Source: a virus
DNA length: 64,000 bases
Strand: one strand, 5' to 3'
IMG/VR virus record: IMGVR_UViG_3300035695_000001
Coordinates: 32,001 to 96,000 of that record
Shown here: piece by piece, positions 48,450 through 57,780 of the stretch
Position numbering within the stretch: position 1 is the first letter of the stretch
Layout: each line of letters opens with the position of its first letter
The notes under the pieces: model-generated
Database searches by the model: none
What the model saw: only the letters and a program-made list of their open reading frames with translations
What the model was told of the DNA's origin: nothing
Made by a program: the position numbers and the translations under genes

Positions 48450-48878
48450 TCAGTCGCCCCTGCGACCAGCACGTTTCCCAGCCACTTTGGTGGCTTTCTT
48501 CTTTGCCTTCGGCGCTACGCGGCGCTCTTCGGCACGATCCGCTACCGATCGCATCGAAAGCGGAATGAGGCGGCACTGGAGCCAGATGGCGAGCTTTTCG
48601 CGGACCGCAACCACGTTCCCGAACCCGTCAGCCGGGCCATAGATGGGGCAACTCTTGTCCTTTGTCGCCAGTTCCCTGAGTTGGCGGATCGATCCAGGCC
48701 CACCGTTCTCGGCGCAGAACTTGGCGATCTCCTTCCAGCCGCTCAAAGGAGCGGGAGGTGGAGGACGTGGTTCCACCACATGGATCACCGAAGCAAGCCC
48801 ACCAGATCCAGAGAACCCGGTTGGCCCTGGTACGGCAACGAGGCCGTAGGTGACGAAGCAGCCGGCGGCCAGCATCAC
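48450..48878 (-). CDS. small HTH (excisionase-like) DNA-binding protein; start probably near 48790
   Basis: LSGWKEIA...S.RQL.......P motif. Confidence 0.55.
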   Translation of the reverse strand: MMLAAGCFVTYGLVAVPGPTGFSGSGGLASVIHVVEPRPPPPAPLSGWKEIAKFCAENGGPGSIRQLRELATKDKSCPIYGPADGFGNVVAVREKLAIWLQCRLIPLSMRSVADRAEERRVAPKAKKKATKVAGKRAGRRGD

Positions 48879-49597
48879 CGGCCCATCACCAGCGAGACCA
48901 CAGCGCGGGCCCGTGGCTGGCGCGTGGCACGATGTTGCGACGGCTCATCGACTGGGAGCCCGGCGGCGTCTCGGTAGAGCCGCACAGCCTCGGCGAGGAG
49001 GGCCGACGCCTCGTCCTTGACCCGACGGAGGGCCGACTGGCCTGGGTTCGTCGAGTCGAGGCAGAGCGAGACCACGAACCGCTCGGCAGCCGTCAGGACC
49101 AGCCTGGGGCGCTCCGACTCCTTGGTCTCCTTGCTGGCGCTCATCCGGACCGGCTTGGCGTCGAAGCAGACATCCGATTCGATCCCGGCGAGGAGCACTG
49201 ACACCCCGTAAAGGCTGGGGGCCAACTTGCGGAAGACCCTGGAAGAGACCCCGCGAGCCTCCCCGTCTTCCAGGCGCCGAGCCCAGGGGATCGGACCGTG
49301 GGAAGCGTAGAGGACCAAGCCCCAGGCTGGGGAGCCAGGTGCGCGAGCGGGGAGGGCGACGAGCGCGTTCCGGATGGCCCGGCGGTGCTCCCACCCCTTC
49401 AGGCGCCGGTCCATCTTGGAGCCGTCGCCGAGCAGGCGCCGCTCCGGGTCCGTGCAGCCACCCCCGAAGCCACCCTGAGCGGCATCGACCAGCGAGGACC
49501 ATGACGATGTCACCTGCGAACCATGGCCATGGCCCTCGAAGAAGTCGACGAGGTAGCCGTCAAGTACACGATCCCCAGAGTGACGCCCGACACCCAT
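48875..49597 (-). CDS. hypothetical protein (possible late regulator; alternative start 49513)
   Basis: Heads the late operon; function inferred from position only. Confidence 0.5.
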   Translation of the reverse strand: MGVGRHSGDRVLDGYLVDFFEGHGHGSQVTSSWSSLVDAAQGGFGGGCTDPERRLLGDGSKMDRRLKGWEHRRAIRNALVALPARAPGSPAWGLVLYASHGPIPWARRLEDGEARGVSSRVFRKLAPSLYGVSVLLAGIESDVCFDAKPVRMSASKETKESERPRLVLTAAERFVVSLCLDSTNPGQSALRRVKDEASALLAEAVRLYRDAAGLPVDEPSQHRATRQPRARAVVSLVMGR

Positions 49598-49604
49598 GGC
49601 AGAA

Positions 49605-49706
49605 GGCTAGCACGGGCTGTCTAGCACGGGTGCAGGAACGCAACGATGGGCGCCCGTCGGTTGCTCAGACGCCACTGTCTAGCAGCGGCCGGTGGTGCTA
49701 GACAGT
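49605..49706. promoter_or_regulatory. cluster of CTAGCA sites plus ACTGTCTAGCA-N11-TGCTAGACAGT
   Basis: Sites at 49605, 49617, 49674 and 49696 in a divergent intergenic region. Confidence 0.75.
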
Positions 49707-49733
49707 GGGGGCCCGTAGGGGCAGGAGGCACGA

Positions 49734-49979
49734 ATGGCGAAGGTCACGATCGAGCGCATGGGCGGCGACAGTTACGAGCCTGTCCACATCACGGTGAAGG
49801 TCGACGGAGTCGAGGTGGGGAACGGCGGCATCGGCGGGGAGCCCGAGGACAACTGCGAGGCCCGCGACTACCGCTGGGTCCGCCCCATGATCGAGAAGTT
49901 GGCCAAGGCGCTCGGCGCCGAGGTCGAGACGGTGGCGGTGAACGACGACGAGGACGAGGACGAGGACGAGGATGTCTGA
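49734..49979 (+). CDS. small acidic protein
   Basis: AGGAGG RBS; GEPEDN...RD..WV. Confidence 0.75.
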   Translation: MAKVTIERMGGDSYEPVHITVKVDGVEVGNGGIGGEPEDNCEARDYRWVRPMIEKLAKALGAEVETVAVNDDEDEDEDEDV

Positions 49980-50715
49980 GCGAGTCGGGCGCGTGGCGAT
50001 GACCGCCGCAGAATTGCGGGGGGCCGTGTTCACGATCGCGGAAGGGATGGCCGGCCTGAGCGTCGGCCAAGCCACCACGGTGCGAGCGCTGACCCACCGC
50101 CTTATCGGCGAGGTCTGGCGACTCAGGGCCAAGATCCGCTACCAGACCCGGCGCATCTGGGACCTGGAGGAGGGCGCCAAGGAACTGGGGGCTCCCGCGT
50201 TCCCGAAGGAGATCCAGCACCTCCGGGAGCAGGTGACCAGCCTGCAAGCCAAGGGGACCGAACTGCTGGAGCGGGCACGGAGGGCGGAGGATCACTTCGG
50301 CGAGGTCGATGCGATCCTCGCCGAAGCCTTCCAGGCTGGCGGCTGGGCTAGAGGCGCAGCGGTGAGCCTCCCCGGTCTCATCAAGGGGCTGCGCGAGGGG
50401 CTGGAGGTCGCGCAGATGGCGAACAGCCAGCCAACGGTCAGCCCGCCGGATCGAGGCAACACTGATGCGTGGGAGACGCCGTGGCCGTCCATGGAGAAGG
50501 CGGTCATCCCGAGGACCACGGACGAGATCCAAGCCTGGCTCGCCGTCCACGCGATCGAGGAGTACCGTGGCGAGGTGGTCAAGTTCTGTGAGCAGAAGGC
50601 GATGTCCGCCCAGAGCGAGGGGCTCTGCCACCCAGACGTCCTCCGATCGATGTACTGCGATGGCCAGGCTTCGGCCTTCAAGGCGCTCGCCGCCATCCTC
50701 CGGGGTGCGAAGTGA
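49972..50715 (+). CDS. coiled-coil hypothetical protein
   Basis: ORF within operon. Confidence 0.7.
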   Translation: MSERVGRVAMTAAELRGAVFTIAEGMAGLSVGQATTVRALTHRLIGEVWRLRAKIRYQTRRIWDLEEGAKELGAPAFPKEIQHLREQVTSLQAKGTELLERARRAEDHFGEVDAILAEAFQAGGWARGAAVSLPGLIKGLREGLEVAQMANSQPTVSPPDRGNTDAWETPWPSMEKAVIPRTTDEIQAWLAVHAIEEYRGEVVKFCEQKAMSAQSEGLCHPDVLRSMYCDGQASAFKALAAILRGAK

Positions 50716-51446
50716 GCGCCGGGAACGTCGGCAAGGTGGTGACCTACACTTGCTCTTCCAAAGCCGACGGGGGCCAGCGGACCGTGAAGATCCTGGCCTG
50801 GGTCAAGGCAGGGGATTCGATGGACGCCACCCGTCAGTACCTCCTGGTCCCGAAACGGCAGGATGGTGGCCCTGACTGCGCGGACACCTCGCAGTTCCAC
50901 CGCTACCTCGTCCAGGAGGATCGCCGGACCCCCGCTGGCCGGGTCCTCAAGACGAAGTGGTACGCCCCGATCGCCAGCGTCATCGACTCGGCGCTGCGGT
51001 CGTCCGTGGGGGCAGCCGTGGAGCCGAAGGTCGCCGAGATGCCTCCCGAGCCCAAAACCCGCACGGGCACGGTCGACGTGGAGAAGATCGAGGCCAACGC
51101 CACCAGCATCATCCTCTGGCTGAAGAACGCCGCAGCGGTGGCGCCGGCCATCCCTGGCGGGACGGATGGGTGCCTGCGGACCGCTGGCTTCATCCAGACG
51201 CTGCTCTCGACGATCCGGCACCTCAAGGACCGAGAGGAGAGCATCATCGCCGCCTGCGATAAGGTGGCGGACGGGGGCCAGTACAGGGCCGACATCGTCT
51301 CGGCCATCTCCGGCATGCGGAAGGAGCGGGACCAGTTGCGGCTGGCCCATACGGAGGCGGTGGGTCTGCTCAAGGAACTGCGCGGCGACGTCTCCGACGA
51401 GTCGTTCCTGGCCAGGATGGACGCCGTCATCGGGAACGCACCATGA
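50712..51446 (+). CDS. hypothetical protein
   Basis: GTGA/ATGA coupled. Confidence 0.7.
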   Translation: MSAGNVGKVVTYTCSSKADGGQRTVKILAWVKAGDSMDATRQYLLVPKRQDGGPDCADTSQFHRYLVQEDRRTPAGRVLKTKWYAPIASVIDSALRSSVGAAVEPKVAEMPPEPKTRTGTVDVEKIEANATSIILWLKNAAAVAPAIPGGTDGCLRTAGFIQTLLSTIRHLKDREESIIAACDKVADGGQYRADIVSAISGMRKERDQLRLAHTEAVGLLKELRGDVSDESFLARMDAVIGNAP

Positions 51447-51877
51447 GCAAGCGCATCGACGTGGTCTCCGCGGTCCTCCTCAACCAGGAGGGCCGGATCC
51501 TCCTGACCCAGCGCCGGCCCGGCAAGCCCTACCCATTCATGTGGGAGTCGCCAGGGGGCAAGGTGGAGGCCGGGGAAAGCGACCGCGGAGCCCTCACCCG
51601 AGAACTGAGGCAGGAGATCGGGATCCTGCTCTACGACATGGACCCGCAACCCATCTGGGAGGGTGAGCCGGCCCCTGGCATCTTCCTCCGGTTCTACTCG
51701 GGGATCCTCTTCGCTGGGGAGCCGAAGCCGAAGGAGGGGCAGGGGATCGGCTGGTTCCTCCAGCGCGAGGTCTCTGCCATGGCAGCGATGGCCGACTCGC
51801 TCACCCCAGGAAACAAGGCGGCCATGGTGGCGATCTCCGCCTGCATGCGGGCGGCTATGCCGCGGGAGGACTGGTGA
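51443..51877 (+). CDS. NUDIX hydrolase (MutT-like)
   Basis: WESPGGKVEAGES...ALTRELRQEIG Nudix box. Confidence 0.9.
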   Translation: MSKRIDVVSAVLLNQEGRILLTQRRPGKPYPFMWESPGGKVEAGESDRGALTRELRQEIGILLYDMDPQPIWEGEPAPGIFLRFYSGILFAGEPKPKEGQGIGWFLQREVSAMAAMADSLTPGNKAAMVAISACMRAAMPREDW

Positions 51878-52401
51878 TGGCCGACAGGATCCTCGTCACC
51901 GGCTCGCGCGACTGGCCTGGGACCTTGGATGACATCGCCAGGCACCTGCCCGACCACTGCGACCCGAAGGTCGGCGAGGTGGTCATCATCCACGGGGCCT
52001 GCGCTCGGTGGCGTCTCCCAGACGGCCGCGTCGTCACCTATCCTGGTCCAGGCGGCGTGCAGTGCTCGGTCGACATGCTGGCCGACTTCGCTGCCCGAGG
52101 GCTCGGCTTCAAGGTCGAGCAGTACCCCGCCAACTGGGATCGGGATGGGAAGGCCGCCGGCAACATCAGGAACGGGCGCATGCTCCGAGAGAGCCACCCG
52201 AACCGGGGACTAGCCTTCGGCGCCATCTGGAAGCGGGACCCGCGCCGCACCTCGGGGGCCTTCAAGGGGTGGTCTCTACGAGGCACGGGGGACTGCGTCC
52301 AGCGCCTGCTCCGAGCCCGGCTGCCGGTCCGCTGGGTGGCCAGCCCCGAGGCCGACGCCGTCGACCTGCGCCAGCTCCCTCCTCCGCCAGTGGCCGGCTG
52401 A
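51874..52401 (+). CDS. SLOG family (YspA-like) nucleotide-binding protein
   Basis: ILVTGSRDW, IIHGA, D..A, YPANW...G.AAG.IRN..M, GT.D.V. Confidence 0.85.
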   Translation: MMADRILVTGSRDWPGTLDDIARHLPDHCDPKVGEVVIIHGACARWRLPDGRVVTYPGPGGVQCSVDMLADFAARGLGFKVEQYPANWDRDGKAAGNIRNGRMLRESHPNRGLAFGAIWKRDPRRTSGAFKGWSLRGTGDCVQRLLRARLPVRWVASPEADAVDLRQLPPPPVAG

Positions 52402-52427
52402 GCCCGGGGAGACCCGGGCCCGATGCC

Positions 52428-52664
52428 CTACAGCGTCGCGGCGAAGACTTCCGCGTCCGGAGAGAGAGCCTCTGCCCCGGGGTAGTCCCTGTCGAGCGCA
52501 TCGGACGGCCGCGGAACCAGATCCACAGCACCGTCGATCGCATCCGCAACGGGCCGGTACTCCGGCCCCATCGCCCGGAGCGGGGCGAGCGTCGAGTCAG
52601 ACGTGCGGGTAGTCGGGGAACTGAACGGCGCGCGGTCGGTCCTGAACCTCGACGCGCGAGACAA
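52428..52664 (-). CDS. small hypothetical protein
   Basis: ORF only. Confidence 0.35.
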   Translation of the reverse strand: MSRASRFRTDRAPFSSPTTRTSDSTLAPLRAMGPEYRPVADAIDGAVDLVPRPSDALDRDYPGAEALSPDAEVFAATL

Positions 52665-52745
52665 CAGCGACGCCGGGCGCGTACCCGCCCAAACGCTCGA
52701 TCCGGAGCGAAGGCCGGGCGGGGCATCACAGGGGCGAGCGTTGCT

Positions 52746-52943
52746 TCAGTCGAACGAGAATGAGACCCATTCGGCGGGAACGTCGACGGTTTCGGTCCGG
52801 TAGGGATTCAGAGAACCGAACACAACGCGGTCCGCCGTCGTCGACACGAGCCGAACCTCGAACGGCTCCGAAGGAAGACCCGTTTGCCGGGCGTAGTCAG
52901 CGGGGATCGTCACGAAGCATCGAGCTTGCCGGGGGGTATTCAT
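52746..52943 (-). CDS. small hypothetical protein
   Basis: ATG directly after hairpin motif; globular composition. Confidence 0.55.
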   Translation of the reverse strand: MNTPRQARCFVTIPADYARQTGLPSEPFEVRLVSTTADRVVFGSLNPYRTETVDVPAEWVSFSFD

Positions 52944-53015
52944 AACGCCCGAAGCCCCGGCTACCCTCCCCGGATAGGGGGGGCGGCTCGGGGCCGTTGC
53001 AGGGGCGAGGGGAGG

Positions 53016-53387
53016 CTACGCCGCGGTACCCTCGATGAGCTTCCCGGGGACCACGTAGCCCCGGGAGACGAGGTCAGCGTAGATCCGGCGCGCCTCCGGG
53101 GCGGGCACGAGGCGCACGTAGCCCGTCCGGGAGTAGGTCACCCGGCAGACGGGCGAGCCAACCTCGCCGGAGAACGTCACGTAGAAGCGCCCGTAGGAGA
53201 GGATATGAACCTCGACGGGCCGGGGGGCAACCACGGGGGGAGGGGACGCGGGCGCCTTCCGGACGCGGCGTTGACTCGCCGGAGGGGCGGGGATCTCGCA
53301 CTGCGCGGGGCAGTGCGGATCGACGGGCGGAAGGGGACGCGCCTTGACGGCGCGGGGTGAAGCCTTGCGGGTCGGGGTAGTTTTCAT
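53016..53387 (-). CDS. hypothetical protein (MKTTPTRK...)
   Basis: Leader nearly identical to that of the divergent 53708 gene. Confidence 0.6.
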   Translation of the reverse strand: MKTTPTRKASPRAVKARPLPPVDPHCPAQCEIPAPPASQRRVRKAPASPPPVVAPRPVEVHILSYGRFYVTFSGEVGSPVCRVTYSRTGYVRLVPAPEARRIYADLVSRGYVVPGKLIEGTAA

Positions 53388-53519
53388 GCCGGATCCGTAG
53401 TGCAGAGGACATGCCAGGGGACGATAACGCGGAGCGTCGCCTAGAAACACAGGGGATCCGCAAGAAGAGGGGCAGAGGAGCAGGGGATAGGGGCCCGGCG
53501 GGTTGCAGGGGAGAGGGGG

Positions 53520-53627
53520 CACCATGACAGCAATGTCGCGCGGAAAGCCCGCAGAATCAGGGGGTATGATCCGCCAGTCATAGCGAAAACGCGGGAGATC
53601 CGATTACACCATGACAGCGATGTCATG
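53520..53627. promoter_or_regulatory. paired operator-like palindromes CATGACA-N4-TGTCATG
   Basis: Perfect at 53610-53627, partial at 53523-53540. Confidence 0.6.
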
Positions 53628-53707
53628 CCACCGGGCGCGCTATCCGCGTCAAGGGCGGGAATCAGCGGGATCCGGGGGCGGCACGGGCCGTGCATTCCGG
53701 ATCAGGC

Positions 53708-53908
53708 ATGAAGACATTCCAGGTGTCCGTTACCGACCAGCGCGGCAAGTACGTAGCCCGCAACTACACTGTCAGCGCCAATGATGCGATGACGGCGGAA
53801 TTCGACGCTGTCGACAAGTTTATCGCCGATAACGGGCATCCCCCGTACGTGCCCGGCAAGAGCAGGGCCAGCACGTACTACAGCCGGTTTTTCGCCTCTG
53901 CCAAGTGA
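53708..53908 (+). CDS. small hypothetical protein (MKTFQVSV...)
   Basis: Globular 66-aa ORF at divergence point. Confidence 0.65.
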   Translation: MKTFQVSVTDQRGKYVARNYTVSANDAMTAEFDAVDKFIADNGHPPYVPGKSRASTYYSRFFASAK

Positions 53909-53967
53909 CCGCCTCTCCCGGGAGTCCCGCCCCTCACCCCAAACCCGGGGCAGGGGCTTCCGGCGTT

Positions 53968-54345
53968 GTGAAGAACCTCATCGCCTACATCGTCCGCCCG
54001 GCCCCTACTCCCACGACGGGCAACCGTCGCCTCGTTCTCTGCCCGACGCACCGAGACGAGGTCATCGCCTCAGCCGAGGAGACGGGGGCGTACCTCGGGC
54101 GCGCCAAGCGCCATGCGGCGACGGGCGAGACGTGCGCGCACTGCGCGGGACAGCCGGTCAAGGGGAAGGCCACGCGCGCCCAACGTACGCCCCGAATCTG
54201 CCCCGCCATCCGTCGCGCGTTCAAGGCGGCCCCGTCTCGCCCGCTTAGCTGTCGCTTGCGCAAGCTCACGTCCGGCAAGGTCGGTCCGGGGACGGGCCGC
54301 TCCGGGCACGGATGCCGAGACGGGTACGACAAAGGCCACGGCTAG
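53968..54345 (+). CDS. basic Zn-binding protein
   Basis: GTG after hairpin motif; CPTH...CAHC. Confidence 0.55.
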   Translation: MKNLIAYIVRPAPTPTTGNRRLVLCPTHRDEVIASAEETGAYLGRAKRHAATGETCAHCAGQPVKGKATRAQRTPRICPAIRRAFKAAPSRPLSCRLRKLTSGKVGPGTGRSGHGCRDGYDKGHG

Positions 54346-54416
54346 CCCCAGCGTCGCACCGATACCGGCCCCGCCTCTCTTCGGAGACAGCGGGGCTTCG
54401 GTGCTAGGAGGTTCCC

Positions 54417-54761
54417 ATGTCAGCGATGCTCACGTTCCATGTAGCCTTTACCCTCGACGGGGACACCGTCCGCACGCTCAAGCGCGGCACCAGCGCAGCA
54501 GACGTCAAGCGGCGCCTCCGGGCAGATTGTAAGGACGTCCGGGCGATCATCGTCATCGGCAAGGGGACGCCAGATCCTGCTCCGCGACCGACGATCGCGA
54601 CGTGCGACGGATGCACCAAGGAACGGCGCGACGTCAAGGCGTGCGGCGAGATCGGGCTATGCTTCCTCTGTCGCAAGGAAGGCGAGCGGGGACGCCAGTA
54701 CGATCGGAAGATCGGCCGCTACGTCCACCCCGAGCCGCCCCCGTACTACCTCGACATCTAG
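54417..54761 (+). CDS. Zn-finger hypothetical protein
   Basis: AGGAGG RBS; CDGC...C...CFLC. Confidence 0.65.
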   Translation: MSAMLTFHVAFTLDGDTVRTLKRGTSAADVKRRLRADCKDVRAIIVIGKGTPDPAPRPTIATCDGCTKERRDVKACGEIGLCFLCRKEGERGRQYDRKIGRYVHPEPPPYYLDI

Positions 54762-54783
54762 CCCCAGCACCGACAGCGGACCA

Positions 54784-54817
54784 GAAGCCCGGCCCCCGAG
54801 ATGGTGCGCCGGGCTTC
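54784..54817. terminator. hairpin terminator between convergent genes
   Basis: GAAGCCCGGC...GCCGGGCTTC followed by GTCGTT. Confidence 0.6.
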
Positions 54818-54837
54818 GTCGTTCCATGGCCCTGCCG

Positions 54838-56793
54838 TCAGGCAGGGGGCATCGCGCCGGTGCTCCGGTAGACTGGCGCCGGCATCGCTCGGCTCAGCAC
54901 CGCCCAGGCGATGGCAGCGGTGAGCACGAGGTCGTCGTTGCTCCCGTTCTTCGCCCTGGCCTTGCCCCAGGCGTCAACCACGAAGGTCCGGAACTCCTCC
55001 AGCACCTTGACGTCTGGGGTCCGCCAGTTCCCGACGCGGTGGTCCTGCTCCAAGCCTGAGAGCGCGGCCTCTCGGCTGGGGCCGGTGGTGACCCACCCCT
55101 TCTTCCCGTCGGCGTCGGCCCAGATGTTTGGCCAACCGACCCAGTCGGCCCGCGCCCACTCGATCAGGCGCTTGGCGAAGGCTGGCGCGACCCTGGCGAT
55201 CTCCCGCAGGTCTTGCGACGCTTCGACGTCGCACAGCCTGGCCTCTATGCAAGCACGGTCGCCGACCACGTCAGCGATCATCTTCGGCCTGGCCATCTCG
55301 TCGATGGTGGAGATCCCGGTGTTGTTTTTCTCGATGGCGATCCAGGCGTTGCCGTACCGGATGGCCAAGGCGACAGCGAGCCGGCCCAGTTCCTTCGGCT
55401 TCACTTGTCCATGCAGCGTGGCTACGTGCCTTGGGCGCGCCCCCCGGGTCCACACCTGCAAGGCGGCCGGGTCGCCACCCTCGCCGCCGCTGGTGTCACC
55501 CGCGACGAGGTAGCTCTCCTGCTTGTCGTAGTCCTCGAAGATCCGGAGCCCGTAGGAGGCGCCGGCCCTGCGAACCTGAATCACCTTCGGAGGCTTGGCC
55601 TTCTCCTTCGCGGTCGCCTCGCCGATGAGGTGCTCTGTGACCTCCTTGGCGAAGTAGCCGGTGCCCGACGCGATGAAGCATGTGATCGGGTCGGTGGGCA
55701 TCTCCTTGTCGACGCGCATCTGCCCCTTGGCGCGGACCTGGGCCCGGTACCACTTGAGAAACTCCATCGCGATCGTCGTGATGGACTTGGTCCCGCGTTC
55801 GATGAGACTCAGCATCGTTTCCTCCTTGGAAAGGTGTTCATGGAGCAGGGCCCAGCACTGCTCCTCGCGGACGCGGCGCTCGTCGATGGGCTGCTGGTCG
55901 GGCGTGACCGTCTCGCCTTCGTCGAGCGGCAGGCGCCGGTTTGGCAACTCGAACCACGCGAAGAAGTGCGGCGTGAACTCGTCCCCCTCGGCGGACGTGG
56001 CCCGCTTCCACATGCGGTGGAAGTAGGCCCCACCACGCGGGTCGTCGTCGCTCGTGCTGACCCCGTTGGGAGTCGACTCGATCGTGACCTCGGTCCCAGG
56101 TGCCGGCGCGGTGACCGAGTTGAGCACGCTGTCCATGGTGGCCGCAGCGACCTCCCAGAAGGCGATCTCGGTGCAGTGCAGCCGGTGCGTGGTGCCACCG
56201 CGGCCCTTCTTGTCGGCGGTGTGCTCGCTGGCGCCGGCCTCCAGAACCTCCAGCACTCCGCCGCCAACCGTCGAGGAGAGCGCCCACCGCCCCTTGCCCC
56301 CGGCCTTGGCTTGGAGCGGGATGTCGAGCCCCTTGTCGACCAGGCTCTTGAGCATGAGGTCGATCGTTCTGGCGAAGTCCTTCTGCATCCCGTGCTCGCT
56401 CTCCGTCTGCACGATGACGCGGACGTTGGCCCCTGGGTGCATGAGCCAATACCAAATGTCGCGGCCGATCTCGACGGTCGACATGCCCAGCTTTCTGGCC
56501 TTCAAAACTTGGTCCCTACCCGTGCGGGCAGCGTCGAAGTCTCGCTGGAGCTGCGTGAGCACGAAGGGGACCGGCCGGCCCGCCATCTCGCCTGGCTTCT
56601 CGCCTGCCTCGGCTGCTGGCACGCTCAGGTGCCCGCAGAACCCGACGAAGTCCCCAGCGTACTTCTCCCTCAGCGCGGCGAGGGTGGAGAGCGGCTTGCT
56701 GTCCCAGTTCTCCAGCAGGGACAGGGTCAGGTGGACGAGGTCGTCCAGACTCTTGGGGCCTCTGGGCTGAGGGCGGGCAGCAGCGCGGGGCAT
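54838..56793 (-). CDS. terL: terminase large subunit
   Basis: LKARKLGMST (Walker A), LHCTE.AFW (Walker B), ESTPNG, GDTS.G.G.D, IEKN, NDDLV nuclease motifs. Confidence 0.95.
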   Translation of the reverse strand: MPRAAARPQPRGPKSLDDLVHLTLSLLENWDSKPLSTLAALREKYAGDFVGFCGHLSVPAAEAGEKPGEMAGRPVPFVLTQLQRDFDAARTGRDQVLKARKLGMSTVEIGRDIWYWLMHPGANVRVIVQTESEHGMQKDFARTIDLMLKSLVDKGLDIPLQAKAGGKGRWALSSTVGGGVLEVLEAGASEHTADKKGRGGTTHRLHCTEIAFWEVAAATMDSVLNSVTAPAPGTEVTIESTPNGVSTSDDDPRGGAYFHRMWKRATSAEGDEFTPHFFAWFELPNRRLPLDEGETVTPDQQPIDERRVREEQCWALLHEHLSKEETMLSLIERGTKSITTIAMEFLKWYRAQVRAKGQMRVDKEMPTDPITCFIASGTGYFAKEVTEHLIGEATAKEKAKPPKVIQVRRAGASYGLRIFEDYDKQESYLVAGDTSGGEGGDPAALQVWTRGARPRHVATLHGQVKPKELGRLAVALAIRYGNAWIAIEKNNTGISTIDEMARPKMIADVVGDRACIEARLCDVEASQDLREIARVAPAFAKRLIEWARADWVGWPNIWADADGKKGWVTTGPSREAALSGLEQDHRVGNWRTPDVKVLEEFRTFVVDAWGKARAKNGSNDDLVLTAAIAWAVLSRAMPAPVYRSTGAMPPA

Positions 56794-56796
56794 GGG

Positions 56797-57111
56797 TCAG
56801 CCGCCGATCTCCGTAACCGTGACGTCTTCGATCCACCCAGGCTGTGGGTTGAACGGAGCGGTGATGCAGACACGCATCGTGGCGAAGTCGATGTGGGCCT
56901 CGACGCCCTGGTCAGGCCAGGCGTTGGCCACCTCGACGGCGAGTCGGCTGGGCGTCAGCGTGTCGGCCTCGGGCTCACGCTCACCAGGCGCAGGGTCTGG
57001 CGCGTAGCGCTTGTATTTCGACAGGAAGACGTGAGCCTCGCCACGCATCCGCTCGAAGTGGCCTTGCGCGGCAAGGGTGTGCATCAGCGCTGCCTGTGCC
57101 ACGGGCCTCAC
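56797..57111 (-). CDS. hypothetical protein
   Basis: GGAGG RBS, GTGA overlap. Confidence 0.6.
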   Translation of the reverse strand: MRPVAQAALMHTLAAQGHFERMRGEAHVFLSKYKRYAPDPAPGEREPEADTLTPSRLAVEVANAWPDQGVEAHIDFATMRVCITAPFNPQPGWIEDVTVTEIGG

Positions 57112-57749
57112 GTCGCCTCCTCCGCCTTCGGCGCCTCGATGACGATGGCCGGCGCCCACCCGAAGTGGCAGGTCCGCCAGTCGGGCCCGTAGGCTTCCGC
57201 GGCGGCCATGGCGTAGCCGTCCAGGTAGTCGCGGCGCTGGTCCTCGGGAACGTACTCGGGCGCGACCAGGGCCGTGGCGCGGGCAGCGAGCCCACCCGCC
57301 GAACCGAAGGGGTTGTGCTCACAGGCGTCGAGCGCGCAGTTGGTGGCGCCCCAGTTGTACGGCTCGGGGGGAGGGTCCTGCCAGGTGACCTTGGTCTTGC
57401 CGCCATGGCCGTGGATGCAGACCACCTCGGCCATGCTGTCGTAGATGGCGACCGACGAGTGCTTGGTCAGCCAGGACAGTGCGACCCTGCCGTTGGAGAA
57501 GCGGATCCCCTCGGCGACCCGGCCGGTACCTGAGACCCCGCTCTCGTCGTCGGAGCGGTCGAGCCAGAACCGGATCGTGGTGGGGGCGCTCTGGGTGGCG
57601 ACTTCGAGGAAGCGCTCCGCGGCCTGCTTCTCGCCCGCGTCCTGGATCTTGAACTCGTAGACGATCTCTCGCGGCCGGATCTGATCGCGCGGGTTGGCTG
57701 GCTCGACTGGGGGCGGCGGAATGGTGCTGGGAGGGTGGGGGGCGTCCAT
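57108..57749 (-). CDS. conserved phage hypothetical protein
   Basis: R..D.SGVSGTG.VAEG..FS.G.V...W......HGHGG.T motif. Confidence 0.75.
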   Translation of the reverse strand: MDAPHPPSTIPPPPVEPANPRDQIRPREIVYEFKIQDAGEKQAAERFLEVATQSAPTTIRFWLDRSDDESGVSGTGRVAEGIRFSNGRVALSWLTKHSSVAIYDSMAEVVCIHGHGGKTKVTWQDPPPEPYNWGATNCALDACEHNPFGSAGGLAARATALVAPEYVPEDQRRDYLDGYAMAAAEAYGPDWRTCHFGWAPAIVIEAPKAEEAT

Positions 57750-57757
57750 GCGCCAGA

Positions 57758-57780
57758 GTCTAGCACCTCGGTGTCTAGCA
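57758..57780 (-). promoter_or_regulatory. tandem TGCTAGAC sites; putative leaderless extended -10
   Basis: Minus strand reads TGCTAGACT-CTGGCGC-ATG(57749). Confidence 0.6.

Noticed and set aside
56797-57111. Further mimic of the gp46-like protein (GWIEDVTVT vs GAIKDVVVT)
   Set aside because: Match too short to support
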